64,000 nt of DNA from assembly GCA_050014495.1 (NCBI GenBank), contig JBEKDF010000010.1:1-64000 (forward strand), in the 5' to 3' direction. Each line of letters starts with the position of its first letter. The first letter of the stretch is position 1. Below the pieces are notes generated by a model. That model made no database searches and was not told the origin of the DNA. It worked only from the letters and a program-made list of their open reading frames with translations. The position numbers and the translations under genes are program-made. Source of the stretch: Candidatus Bathyarchaeia archaeon (GTDB lineage: Archaea; Thermoproteota; Bathyarchaeia; TCS64). This document shows, one piece after another, positions 30,137-40,315 of this stretch.

Positions 30137-31672
30137 ATGTCTGGAAGAGTCATCCTCGTGGTTAGAGACGGTTGGGGATACTCCGAGGAAACATTCGGGA
30201 ACGCCGTCCGGCAGGCGAAGGTACCCAATGATACGCGTTACATGTTAGAGTATCCCTGGACCCTGCTGAAGTGCACCGGGAACGCTGTCGGACTCCCAGA
30301 GGGGACTCAGGGTGGCTCCGAGCCCGGCCACCTAACCATGGGTGTGGGTAGGATCGTCTGGCAGCCCTTAGAGGAGATTAACCAGGCCATTTACAATGGC
30401 ACATTCTACGAAAACCCAGCTCTAATGAGTGCGATCGATAATTGCAGGAAAAAGGAATCCGCCCTTCATCTCATGGGGCTACTTAGCGACCAGGGCATAC
30501 ATGGCTCAACCTTTCATCTTTACTCCCTGCTAGAACTTGCCAAGCGCCACGCCATCACCGAGGTATATATTCACTGCTTCCTTGATGGCCGTGACGTCCC
30601 CGAGCGCTCAGCGAAAGGATTCATTGAGGAAACGCAGAGGCAGATTAAAGCAAAGGGTGTAGGTAGAATCGCAACCATGGTGGGCCGCTACTACGCTATG
30701 GATCGGGACACAAACTGGGACAGGACCCTGAAGGCCTACGACCTCCTCACGTTGGGTGAGGGATGGAAGGAGACCAGCCCACTCGAAGCCATCGACCACG
30801 CCTATCAGAGAGGAGACCCAACCGATTATTACATCCAACCAATCGCGATGGTGGAGGACGGCAAACCAATCGCCACAATCGACGCCGAGGATGCTGTAAT
30901 CTTCTGGAACTTCAGAAGCGACCGCGCAAGGCAAATAACTTACGCCCTGACACAGAATGGTTTCGACCATTTCCCACGTAAGAAATTCCCGCGAGTCCAC
31001 TTCGTATGCATGAGCGGATACGACAAGCATCTCAACCTCCCTGTCGCCTTCCCACAGAATACTGTGGAAAATAACCTCGCTCAGATTCTCGCTATAAATG
31101 GTCTCAGACAACTCCGGATTGCTGAGACAGAGAAGTACGCCCACGTCACATTCTTCTTTAATAGTCAAATTGAGGATCCCGTCCCCGGGGAAGACAGGAT
31201 ACTAGTCCCTAGCCCTAAAGTCCCGAGCTACGAGGAGAAGCCGGAGATGAGCGCAGGTGAGATAACGAAGAAACTCCTCCCCGAGATAGCGAAGGGCATC
31301 TACGACTTCATCCTGGTTAACTACGCTAATTGTGACCTTGTCGGCCATTCTGCGAATATGTTCGCGGGGATTAAGGCATGCGAGGTTGTGGATGATTGCG
31401 TGGGGCAAGTAGTCGACTCTGGGCTCTTAAAGGGATACACGATCCTAATTACTGGCGACCATGGCAACATCGAGACAATGTTCTACCCTAATGGAGAGCC
31501 TAACCCAAGCCATGGTACAAACCTAGTCCCATTCATACTCGTTAGTGATGATCCTAACCTACGAAAGGTCAAGCTCAAGGATGGTCTGGGCCTAAGCTGC
31601 GTATCGCCGACGATTCTCAAACTGATGGACATAAGGAAACCCCCTGAGATGACAGCTGATAGCCTTCTCTGA
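30137..31672 (+). CDS. gpmI: 2,3-bisphosphoglycerate-independent phosphoglycerate mutase (bacterial type)
   Basis: DGWG, GSEPGH, DGRD, GRYYAMDRD, AETEKYAHVTFF, DLVGH, DHGN. Confidence 0.95.
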   Translation: MSGRVILVVRDGWGYSEETFGNAVRQAKVPNDTRYMLEYPWTLLKCTGNAVGLPEGTQGGSEPGHLTMGVGRIVWQPLEEINQAIYNGTFYENPALMSAIDNCRKKESALHLMGLLSDQGIHGSTFHLYSLLELAKRHAITEVYIHCFLDGRDVPERSAKGFIEETQRQIKAKGVGRIATMVGRYYAMDRDTNWDRTLKAYDLLTLGEGWKETSPLEAIDHAYQRGDPTDYYIQPIAMVEDGKPIATIDAEDAVIFWNFRSDRARQITYALTQNGFDHFPRKKFPRVHFVCMSGYDKHLNLPVAFPQNTVENNLAQILAINGLRQLRIAETEKYAHVTFFFNSQIEDPVPGEDRILVPSPKVPSYEEKPEMSAGEITKKLLPEIAKGIYDFILVNYANCDLVGHSANMFAGIKACEVVDDCVGQVVDSGLLKGYTILITGDHGNIETMFYPNGEPNPSHGTNLVPFILVSDDPNLRKVKLKDGLGLSCVSPTILKLMDIRKPPEMTADSLL

Positions 31673-31705
31673 AAGCTTTAGAACTGTAGATCCCCAACAT
31701 CACCC

Positions 31706-32232
31706 ATGAAGTTTCACTTGAGATGTGTAGACCGTGAAATCGAGGACACAAAAGCGCTCAAACGGATCCTACACTACTCGAAGCATTTCATCCTCAGCCT
31801 CGCCGACGGAGGAGAGCCCTATGCGGTACCGTTGGTTATGTCTACCACGAGGAAAATGCCGTCTACTTTCACTGCGCCAAGGATGGGAAGGAGATCGAAT
31901 TTATCAAGAGAAACCCGCGCGCCTTGGGACTTGTCGTGGTTGACAAGGGTATCATAGAGGGTGCATGCGTGAGCATGTACGCTTCAGCCATGTTCTCGGG
32001 CAGAGTCGAGTTCGTCGAAGATACTTCTGAGAAGATAAAAATTATGAATCTCTTCGCCGAGAGACTGAGTTCTGACGTCGAAGGCGCTAAGTCAAGGGTT
32101 CAGAAACTGTTCGGAGGTGATGGATCTGCACTTGGGAACGTTATTTTTGGTAAAATCAAGCTGGAGGAGCTAACTGGGAAGCGTTCCACGGAGATGAGTA
32201 TCGAGAAACTCCTCAAGATCACTGGGAAGTAG
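31706..32232 (+). pseudogene. Pyridoxamine 5'-phosphate oxidase/NimA-like flavin-binding protein, frameshifted near 31834
   Basis: DREI...EPYAVPL in one frame continues as GYVYHEENAVYFHCAKDGKEIEFIKRNP...YASAMFSG...ELTGK in the -1 frame. Confidence 0.8.
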
Positions 32233-32339
32233 CGAGGAACACATAGATCGCATTATTTTACACGCCTTTGTTATTTCACGACGAAGGGTTTATAATCACG
32301 CCCTTTCCACGTTTGGTTCATTATGGGCAGGTCTCCCCC

Positions 32340-33968
32340 TTGACGAAGTACGTTTTTATTACCGGTGGGGTGCTCAGCGGTATAGGTAAGGGCTTAGTCA
32401 CCTGCAGCGTCGGAAAGATGCTCCAGGTTCGTGGATTCGAAGTATCTGCGATAAAGTGCGACCCGTACCTGAACGTCGACGCGGGCACGATGAACCCATA
32501 CATCCACGGCGAGGTCTTCGTCCTCGACGACGGATATGAGGCGGACATGGACCTCGGCTCCTATGAGAGATTCCTAGGGGTCGAGCTAGGTGGGCTGAAT
32601 AACATTACTAGCGGGCAGTTATACCAGCAGGTCATACGCCGCGAGCGTGAGGGTGGCTACCTTGGCAGATGCGTCCAGATAATCCCACATATTACTGATG
32701 AGGTGAAACGCCGTATACGTCTAGTCGCGGAGAAGAGTAAAGCGGACGTCGTACTAGTTGAGTGTGGCGGAACCGTGGGTGACATCGAGAGTCTCCCCTT
32801 CCTTGAGGCGTTCCGCCAGATGAGACAGGAGGAAAAGCGCGGCGACACTCTCCTAATACATGTCACTCTCGTCCCAATCCTCGAGGCAGTGGGTGAACCA
32901 AAAACAAAGCCAACGCAGCATAGCGTCAAAGAGTTACGCGCCATCGGCCTTCAACCAGATATCATTGCGGCCAGATGCGAGGATGGCGAACTTCCGGTGG
33001 GGGCGAAGCAAAAAATCGCTCTATACTGCAGCGTTGAGGAGCGAGCTGTTTTTACAAGTGTAAACGTCCAGTCCATATACGAGCTTCCACTAGTCCTAGA
33101 AGGGCAGGGAATGGGCGACGTCGTCTCGGAGTATCTGGGCCTAGACAAGCCAAAGGCTGAATGGGAGGACTGGAGAAAGATGGTCACCAAGTACAAGGAG
33201 CCGGAAGACTATGTCCGCATCGCAATGTGCGGTAAATATGCTGAGCTCAGGGACTGCTATGTAAGCGTAAATGAGGCCCTCCGCCATGCCGCGGCCGCGT
33301 CAGGCTGCAAGATAAACATCGATTGGATAGAAACCGAGGAGTTTGAGAAGCACCCCGAAAATGTGAAGGCACTCGAGGGCTTCGATGGTGTCATCGTTCC
33401 TGGCGGCTTCGGTAAGCGTGGCGCTCTCGGAAAGGTGCGAACGATCGAGTATTGCAGGACACATGACAAACCATTCCTCGGCATCTGCTACGGTCTCCAG
33501 CTCAGCATAGTCGAGACGAGTCGAGATGTCCTCGGTCTCAAGGACGCGGATAGCACCGAGTGCGAGCCCCACACAACCAACCCTGTAATCGATCTCCTCC
33601 CCGAACAGATAGGAGTGAACGAGATGGGAGGCACGATGCGCCTCGGCGCTCACCCGGTCCACATAAAGCCGGGCACAATCGCACACAAGCTCTACGGCTC
33701 CGAGCTCATACACGAGCGTCACCGCCACAGGTGGGAGGTCAACCCTGAGTACTGGGAGCAACTTGAGAAAGCAGGTATAGTCTTCAGTGCATGGAGCACT
33801 GACGGACGCCGCAAGGAGATGATAGAGCTGCCGAGCAACTACTTCTTCTTTGGTACTCAATTCCACCCAGAGTTTAAGAGCCGCCCGTGGAAGCCGAGCC
33901 CCCCCTATTATGGGTTGGTAAAAGCGAGTTACGATAAGAAGAGGGGCAAACCACGCCCCGAGTTCTAG
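32340..33968 (+). CDS. pyrG: CTP synthase
   Basis: KYVFITGGVLSGIGKG, DPYLNVDAGTM, GGTVGDIE, KTKPTQ, GICYG, ERHRHR, QFHPE. Confidence 0.97.
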   Translation: MTKYVFITGGVLSGIGKGLVTCSVGKMLQVRGFEVSAIKCDPYLNVDAGTMNPYIHGEVFVLDDGYEADMDLGSYERFLGVELGGLNNITSGQLYQQVIRREREGGYLGRCVQIIPHITDEVKRRIRLVAEKSKADVVLVECGGTVGDIESLPFLEAFRQMRQEEKRGDTLLIHVTLVPILEAVGEPKTKPTQHSVKELRAIGLQPDIIAARCEDGELPVGAKQKIALYCSVEERAVFTSVNVQSIYELPLVLEGQGMGDVVSEYLGLDKPKAEWEDWRKMVTKYKEPEDYVRIAMCGKYAELRDCYVSVNEALRHAAAASGCKINIDWIETEEFEKHPENVKALEGFDGVIVPGGFGKRGALGKVRTIEYCRTHDKPFLGICYGLQLSIVETSRDVLGLKDADSTECEPHTTNPVIDLLPEQIGVNEMGGTMRLGAHPVHIKPGTIAHKLYGSELIHERHRHRWEVNPEYWEQLEKAGIVFSAWSTDGRRKEMIELPSNYFFFGTQFHPEFKSRPWKPSPPYYGLVKASYDKKRGKPRPEF

Positions 33969-34678
33969 TCCACGAAGTGTTTGTAGGTACCTTCTAGGAG
34001 CTTTTTGTAGACCGCATCGAGGACATCTGGTGGTGCCACCTTGAGCGCTTCAACGCCTATGGGTTGAGGAGTCCCCTTAAGGGTGCCCTTCGTCCACTGG
34101 TCTACCGCATACACCATGAGCTCGCCAGCGAGGGCGATGGTCTCCCAGCACAGCTTCTCATATGTGTCACCTCTATGAACGGGGATGATTTGCTTCTTGA
34201 TTATTGGTCCAGTATCTATGTTCGGGTCAATGAAGTGGACGGTGCACCCTATTGGTATGTCAAAGTAGATACTCCAAGCTACGCTGGCGGAGCCCCTGCA
34301 CTCTGGGAGTAGACCCGGGTGGCTGTTGACCATCCCATCCTTCGGAATGGATATGATAGATGGCTTTATGATCCTGGTCCCGCCTAGAACGATAAAGTCT
34401 GGTTTTAACCCCTCAAGCATCTCCCGTGACTCTCTCTTGTTGTGATGGGGCACTGCATAACGCTCTATACTTCTATCCTTGAGCTGCTCCGTGAATGTCG
34501 AGGCAACGGGGAACCCCTTGATGCGGGTTAGAAACTTCTCCCTTTCCTCGTCCGCGATGGGTGAATCCTCCTCCACGATGGCCCTCGGCTCATAACCTGA
34601 TACGAGGAGCTGCCTAAGCATTTCCCTTCCATAGGGATGCTCTTTCAGCACCATGAAGACATAATTGAGCTTGGTCAT
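33965..34678 (-). CDS. Formyltransferase-family protein (N-terminal formyl_trans domain only)
   Basis: NSHPGLLPECRGS, CTVHFIDPNIDTGPII. Confidence 0.85.
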   Translation of the reverse strand: MTKLNYVFMVLKEHPYGREMLRQLLVSGYEPRAIVEEDSPIADEEREKFLTRIKGFPVASTFTEQLKDRSIERYAVPHHNKRESREMLEGLKPDFIVLGGTRIIKPSIISIPKDGMVNSHPGLLPECRGSASVAWSIYFDIPIGCTVHFIDPNIDTGPIIKKQIIPVHRGDTYEKLCWETIALAGELMVYAVDQWTKGTLKGTPQPIGVEALKVAPPDVLDAVYKKLLEGTYKHFVD

Positions 34679-34716
34679 GAAATAAATGGAGCTGGAAACG
34701 AATAAGAAGATTCCCG

Positions 34717-35514
34717 CTACAGCAACGCGAACTTAAGTGCGTCACAACAGCCACAGCTACGCTCCTGGGGCATATTAGGTAGGGCACCCATTACGAGTTT
34801 TTTAAAGTTTGAAGCGTTCCGCTGCATAGTATCAATGACCTCAGCTGTCGACACGGGTTTTTCAGCCCAGACATCATAGTCCGTAACCATGGCAACTGTG
34901 ACATAACAGATTTCCTGCTCTCGTGCGAGTACGACCTCTGGGTAAAGAGTCATACCGATAATATCACAGTTCCACTGTCTGAAGAGTCGGGACTCCGCTC
35001 GCGTGCTAAATCTGGGACCCTGGACGCAGACATAAGTTCCCTTCTCGTGGACTGGTAGTTTGAGCTTCTTCGCGTAGCTGTAGAAGTAGTCGTGGAGTGT
35101 GGGGCAGATAGGATCAGCGCTACTTATGTGGCAGAGCTGCCCCCCTTCGTAGAAGGTATCTGGCCTGCTGTTCGTCCTGTCTATGAACTGGTCTGTGAGG
35201 ACGAAGTCGCCTGGTTTGTAGTCTTCTCGGAGGCTTCCTACTGCACTCGAGGCTACTATCTGTTTGACCCCAAGCTCCTTAAGAGCCCAGATATTCGCCC
35301 TCGAGTTGATCGCGTGTGGTGGAATAATGTGCCCTCTCCCATGCCGGGGGAGGAAGGCGACTCGCCTCCCCTTAAGGGTGCCAAGGGTTATCATGTCCGA
35401 GGGCGACCCATAAGGGGTGTAAACTTTGACTTCCCTACGATCCTCAAGCATCTCGGGGTCGTAGACTCCAGTGCCTCCGATCACACCTATCTCTGCTCTA
35501 TTGTCTCTTGACAC
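34717..35514 (-). CDS. mtnP: S-methyl-5'-thioadenosine phosphorylase
   Basis: IGGTG, RHGRGH, ANIWAL, GPRFSTRAES, GMT, TDYDVW. Confidence 0.94.
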   Translation of the reverse strand: MSRDNRAEIGVIGGTGVYDPEMLEDRREVKVYTPYGSPSDMITLGTLKGRRVAFLPRHGRGHIIPPHAINSRANIWALKELGVKQIVASSAVGSLREDYKPGDFVLTDQFIDRTNSRPDTFYEGGQLCHISSADPICPTLHDYFYSYAKKLKLPVHEKGTYVCVQGPRFSTRAESRLFRQWNCDIIGMTLYPEVVLAREQEICYVTVAMVTDYDVWAEKPVSTAEVIDTMQRNASNFKKLVMGALPNMPQERSCGCCDALKFALL

Positions 35515-35615
35515 ACAATGGTAATGTATGGTATTTATGATAAGTTTTTCACTTCAACCCCCATCGATAATCCTTAAGAAGAACATTAACATCCACATGC
35601 GTCCTAGTGGCAAGA

Positions 35616-36827
35616 ATGGAGAACAAACGCTGGTTCGCACTTGTACTACTCTTCTCCATCTGCATATCGTACTATGGGGAAAACTTCCTCAAGAGTGCTG
35701 CATCAGCGTTGTCTCCCGTCCTCATCCAGGAGTTGGGGATAAACAAGGGCACTATGGGTCTGCTAATCACTGCGTTTTACATTATCTACGGCATAATGCA
35801 GATACCCGCTGGAATGTTCACGAATATTCTCGGGCCAAGGAAGACCATTCTTAGTTTTACAGCGCTCACCCTCACCGGAGTCTTCCTCTTCTGGATCAGC
35901 TTCAGGTTCGAGATGCTAGTCGTTGCCCAAATAATCATGGGCATAGGATGTAGTGTCTTCTACATCAATGCCGTCAGCCTAATCACGCAGTGGTTCCCTA
36001 TCGAGCGGAAGGCAACAGCGATAGGGATCCTCAGCGCTGCTAGTGGCCTAGGTGGTTTTACAAGCTACATGGGATTTCCTCTCGCCAATGCCAACTTCGG
36101 AGGGTGGAGAAACCTCTACATAATAATGGCAATAGTACTCCTAGCAAACTATGTCATGAACTTCTTTATTCTAAAAAACAACCCAAAAGGTAATGAAATA
36201 GAGCACAAGTCCAATAAAAACCTCCTCAAGTCATTTGGCGACGTTCTAAGAGACAGAAGAATATACCCATTCATAGCGGGTTATATGCTTCTCAGCTTTG
36301 GCTGGGTTCTGATGGCGTGGATGCCAGCGTTCCTAACAGAGACTAAGGGCTTCACATACGTCGAAGCAGGCCTCATATCCAGCCTAGGGGGAATAGCTGC
36401 GATACCTGGCTGTATCGCGATGGGTGCCATCTCAGACAGGCTCAGAAAGAGGAAGTTACCGCTTATTATATTCAGCTGCCTCTATGTCGTCGCAATCACA
36501 ACGTTCATCTTCGCACCAGCTGGATTTCCGCTCGCCTTAATTGCCACACTCTCATTTAGCATGAGCTTCTGCTCCTCTATATGGGTCCTATTCTTCAGCA
36601 TGGTACCTGAGGTCCTCCCGATGGAAAAGGCGAGCATTGGACTCGGATTAGTAAACGGGATCGGGACCATCGGCTACTCACTTATAACCCCGTTCTATGG
36701 TAGCCTAATAGATTCGACGGGCAGCTACTTCGCATCCAACATGGTCATCATAGCCACTTCCATCATCATGATGTTGACTATGGTCTTTTTCACGAAGGAG
36801 ACCTATGGGGGGTCTCAAGAAGACTAA
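35616..36827 (+). CDS. MFS transporter
   Basis: About 12 hydrophobic segments; QIPAG..LGPRK, WFP..RKATAIG, SDRLRKRK. Confidence 0.92.
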   Translation: MENKRWFALVLLFSICISYYGENFLKSAASALSPVLIQELGINKGTMGLLITAFYIIYGIMQIPAGMFTNILGPRKTILSFTALTLTGVFLFWISFRFEMLVVAQIIMGIGCSVFYINAVSLITQWFPIERKATAIGILSAASGLGGFTSYMGFPLANANFGGWRNLYIIMAIVLLANYVMNFFILKNNPKGNEIEHKSNKNLLKSFGDVLRDRRIYPFIAGYMLLSFGWVLMAWMPAFLTETKGFTYVEAGLISSLGGIAAIPGCIAMGAISDRLRKRKLPLIIFSCLYVVAITTFIFAPAGFPLALIATLSFSMSFCSSIWVLFFSMVPEVLPMEKASIGLGLVNGIGTIGYSLITPFYGSLIDSTGSYFASNMVIIATSIIMMLTMVFFTKETYGGSQED

Positions 36828-36854
36828 TTAGTCGAAGCACGCTCATCCCTCGTA

Positions 36855-37880
36855 ATGGACAAAAGCGAGACTATCAAGCGCCTCCCTAAGATCGAGCAAC
36901 ATGTACACATCGTGGGCTCGACTAAACCGGAGACCCTACTGAGCATAATCGAGGATAGCGGAGCAAAGACTCCCTTCAACTCCCTCGAGGACATCCGTCA
37001 ATTCTTTCAGTATCGAGACTTCCCTCACTTCATCTCGGTCTACAGTACTGTAAACGATTGCATAACGGATGAGAAGTATTACGAGAGGATCACATTTGAG
37101 ATGCTGGAATCCGATGTCTCTTCCAACGTGAAGCATGTTGAGGCAATATTCTCCCCCAATGACCATGTGCGGCGTGGCCTCGATTATGGTAAGATGCTCG
37201 ACGCCGTGAACAAGGGCATCAGGAGAGCCAAGAAGAAGTTCGGAATAACCTGTACAATTAGGGTCGACCTCGTCCGGAATTATGGGCCGGAGACGGCTAT
37301 GAAGGAGCTCGATTGGATAAGGAAGAAGGGAGACAACATCGTCGCTATCGATATAGGTGGGAGTGAGGACGGCTTCCCACCAGAACCATATGATCTGGTG
37401 TATAAAAAAGCGAAAGACCTTGGACTCCACCTTGTTGCCCACGCCGGTGAAGCAGCAGGACCAGAGAGCGTCTGGGGAGCGGTGAAGACACTAGATGTTG
37501 AGAGAATAGGACACGCAACAACCGCCGTCAAGGACCTCTCCCTTCTCAGGGAGATCAGAAAGAGGGGGATAACTATCGAAACATGCCCGGTCAGCAATCT
37601 GAGGACAGGAGCGATAAAGACGATAAAAGAGCACCCCATCAGGAGCTTCATTAGGCACGGCATAAGAGTCAGCGTCAACAGCGATGACCCGCCCATGTTC
37701 AACACCGATATGAACAACGAATACCTTCAACTCCATAGTGAACTCGGCTTTTCAGTTGACGAATTGATGAGAATAGGTTTAGACTCGGTGGAGACGAGCT
37801 TCCTCCCAGCGAAGAAGAAGGGAGAACTGAGAGAGGAGTTCCTTAAAGAGTACCGTGAGTTAATTTCTCGGAAGTCCTAG
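36855..37880 (+). CDS. add: Adenosine/adenine deaminase
   Basis: LPKIEQHVHI, AHAGE, RIGH, ETCPVSN, NSDDP. Confidence 0.93.
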   Translation: MDKSETIKRLPKIEQHVHIVGSTKPETLLSIIEDSGAKTPFNSLEDIRQFFQYRDFPHFISVYSTVNDCITDEKYYERITFEMLESDVSSNVKHVEAIFSPNDHVRRGLDYGKMLDAVNKGIRRAKKKFGITCTIRVDLVRNYGPETAMKELDWIRKKGDNIVAIDIGGSEDGFPPEPYDLVYKKAKDLGLHLVAHAGEAAGPESVWGAVKTLDVERIGHATTAVKDLSLLREIRKRGITIETCPVSNLRTGAIKTIKEHPIRSFIRHGIRVSVNSDDPPMFNTDMNNEYLQLHSELGFSVDELMRIGLDSVETSFLPAKKKGELREEFLKEYRELISRKS

Positions 37881-38272
37881 ATCTCGAAGTGCATCGATGA
37901 GAAGTCTAGGGGTATGGAGTAGTTCTGGGTGAGGTCCTCTCCTGTTGAGTGAATCGCCTTCACCTGCTCCTCAATCGTCTCAAAGATGTTATCGATGTAT
38001 AGCGTGGGTGGGACAAATTTATTGTAGAGTATGCCAGCGGCTATAATCCCACAGCCGATCACATCCGAGACCAAGAACGGCTCAGGTATCATTACAAGGG
38101 TGATGCCGAAGGATACTAGGCTCTTACCCGCCCCAGCATAGCCGTGATCATAGAGCTGGTTAACCTCACTCATCACCCCGTTCATCCCACTAAGTAGTCC
38201 AGCGGACTCAGAGTAGGTCTCGCCGAGCTCACTCGCTGCCTCGACTACATAATCCGTCCTCGGTTTATTCAT
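37877..38272 (-). CDS. Hypothetical membrane-associated protein, downstream of vps4
   Basis: Hydrophobic hairpin (LVSFGITLVMIPEPFLVSDVIGCGIIAAG); 9 bp from the vps4 stop, same strand. Confidence 0.65.
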   Translation of the reverse strand: MNKPRTDYVVEAASELGETYSESAGLLSGMNGVMSEVNQLYDHGYAGAGKSLVSFGITLVMIPEPFLVSDVIGCGIIAAGILYNKFVPPTLYIDNIFETIEEQVKAIHSTGEDLTQNYSIPLDFSSMHFEI

Positions 38273-38281
38273 CTCGTCACC

Positions 38282-39445
38282 CTAGAGCGCCTTGAATTGC
38301 TCGAACCACTTATCATACTCCTTAATCATCTCCCTACTCACACTCGGCTTCCTATTCACAATCGAACGCCTAAAATCCTCCATCGAAAGCGGACGAGGCC
38401 TACAACTAACATCCTCCGCCCTACCCGACTCAAACAACTCCCGAATAACCTCCTGACGCACAACCTGACAAATATCCTTAATATCACTCCCAGTATAACC
38501 ATCCGTCAACTGAGTCAAAACGTGCAGATCCACATCAGGAGTCAACTCAAGCTGCGAACTATTGATCTCAAACATCTGCAACCGCGTCGCATAATCCGGC
38601 AACGGCACCATAATCCTCTTCTGGAAACGCCGGATAAACGCCCAATCCAGGTCCCACGGCTTATTCGTCGCCGCCACCACGTAGAGGTGATAATTCTTCC
38701 CCTTATCCTGGAGACCATCCATCTCCTTCAGGAACTGGTTCCGCATCCGAACCTCACCACCCACCTCATTCGTGTGGACCCCCAGTATGCTATCCACCTC
38801 ATCCATGAAGATGATGACGGGCCTACCACCGATCGCGGTTCGCCTCGCGCCGCCGAAGACCTTCGCGACGTTCTGCTCCGCGGCGCCGAGCCACTTCGAC
38901 ATTATGTTGGCGGGGTCGATCTGTATGAACTGGGCCTCGATCTCGTTTGCGACCGCGGCGGCGAGCAGCGTCTTGCCGCAGCCCGGTGGACCGAATAGTA
39001 GTAGTCCCCTTGACCACCCGAGTGGGAAGAGGTCGGGGCGCTTCACGGGGTAGACGATGACCTCCTTGATGGCCCTCTTCGCGTCCTCGAGGCCGGCGAC
39101 CTCGCCCCACGTGACGTTGGGCTTCTCGGCTGGCTCCGACTCCTCGGCCTCCTCCGACGTCGTGGTGCCAGTCTGCTTGGTCTCGTAGCTGGTGAATTTC
39201 TCGATGCCGGTCTCCTCGCCGTCCTCTGATTTGAGGAATCGGATCCGCTCCTGGTACGTTGTGACTTTTTCTACGTAGAATTTGTTGAATGTGTAGTCTG
39301 GGTAGAGTTTTATGAGTCGCGTCAGTTGTTCTACTGCCCGTTTGTAGCTCTCTGCTGCCTTGTCCTTGTCTCCTAGTTTATCGTATTTGACGGCGTCTGC
39401 GGCGTACTTCATCGCCTCGTTTTCGAGCATTGTTGCTACGCTCAT
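38282..39445 (-). CDS. cdvC: Vps4/CdvC AAA+ ATPase with N-terminal MIT domain
   Basis: MIT (AMKYAADAVKYD..YKRAVE.L..LYPD), GPPGCGKT, IIFMDEVD, ATNKPWDLD..FIRRFQKRI, C-terminal FKAL. Confidence 0.95.
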   Translation of the reverse strand: MSVATMLENEAMKYAADAVKYDKLGDKDKAAESYKRAVEQLTRLIKLYPDYTFNKFYVEKVTTYQERIRFLKSEDGEETGIEKFTSYETKQTGTTTSEEAEESEPAEKPNVTWGEVAGLEDAKRAIKEVIVYPVKRPDLFPLGWSRGLLLFGPPGCGKTLLAAAVANEIEAQFIQIDPANIMSKWLGAAEQNVAKVFGGARRTAIGGRPVIIFMDEVDSILGVHTNEVGGEVRMRNQFLKEMDGLQDKGKNYHLYVVAATNKPWDLDWAFIRRFQKRIMVPLPDYATRLQMFEINSSQLELTPDVDLHVLTQLTDGYTGSDIKDICQVVRQEVIRELFESGRAEDVSCRPRPLSMEDFRRSIVNRKPSVSREMIKEYDKWFEQFKAL

Positions 39446-40188
39446 GCTATTATCTCCTCCATCTTGAGGCGTCCCTTGGAGCCGATCTGGTCAAGCATCC
39501 TCACCACATCATCAGACAACACACTCCAATCGTTTGTGGTCTCGTTGGCCTTCGCGGAGCGTGGTGCGAACGTTTGTTCATAGCCGAAGGCGACTTCCTC
39601 GGATTGCCTCTCATCAACCTTAGCCACCGCGACTGTGACAGGTGGCTCGGGGAAGCTCTCGTGGAGACTGTTCTCGACCATGCTGGAGACCTCCCTGAGG
39701 ATGTCGGCACTCTCCTGGCTCTTGACACTAAACATTTCATCCAGGGCGGGTTGGCGGAAATCGATCGTCGTCTGCATCAAGGTCTCGTTTGCGACTATGT
39801 TCAGCTGCTCGATACCAGATGCGAACTGAGGCATGACCTTCTGTACGTCGGCGGAGACCTCCTTGACGACTTCGGAGATGGGTTTCATTTCCTGTACGAC
39901 CTGGTAGAGGTCTAGGAAGTTCTCCAGTCTGATCGTGATGCAGTCTATAGCGAGCTGACTCTGGGATATCACCTGTTTTATGTGGCGCACCCTACTGAGT
40001 TCGGTCGCATAGATCTGTGCTCGTGCAGCATCTTTCTTCTGAACCGCTTTTCCAACCATGTCAAACAATACGCGGTCACGATCCCTAAGCTTGGAGTTGA
40101 CCTGCTCGAGTCTCATGCTCTGACGCTTGAGCTCGTTTATTGATTCTGGGGTTGGAAGGATACTCTGCTGGCGGTTCAGTATGCCCAT
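39442..40188 (-). CDS. ESCRT-III/CdvB-like protein
   Basis: Snf7 core (RDRVLF...AQIYATELSRVR...LAIDCITIRLE); 4-bp overlap with cdvC. Confidence 0.88.
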   Translation of the reverse strand: MGILNRQQSILPTPESINELKRQSMRLEQVNSKLRDRDRVLFDMVGKAVQKKDAARAQIYATELSRVRHIKQVISQSQLAIDCITIRLENFLDLYQVVQEMKPISEVVKEVSADVQKVMPQFASGIEQLNIVANETLMQTTIDFRQPALDEMFSVKSQESADILREVSSMVENSLHESFPEPPVTVAVAKVDERQSEEVAFGYEQTFAPRSAKANETTNDWSVLSDDVVRMLDQIGSKGRLKMEEIIA

Positions 40189-40315
40189 TCCTTCTATCTC
40201 CTTTAACAGATTAGGCTAGAAACTGGCCTGGTCACGCCCAGGCTGGGCGCCCCATCTAGTGGGGTGTTTAAAAAAGAGGGGGAGGGACGGTTTTCCATTT
40301 TTGACTCGCTCCTTT

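Noticed and set aside
38297..38998. 233-aa antisense ORF over vps4 (and the many other shadow ORFs in the track)
   Set aside because: Explained by codon bias of well-supported genes on the opposite strand; no motifs.
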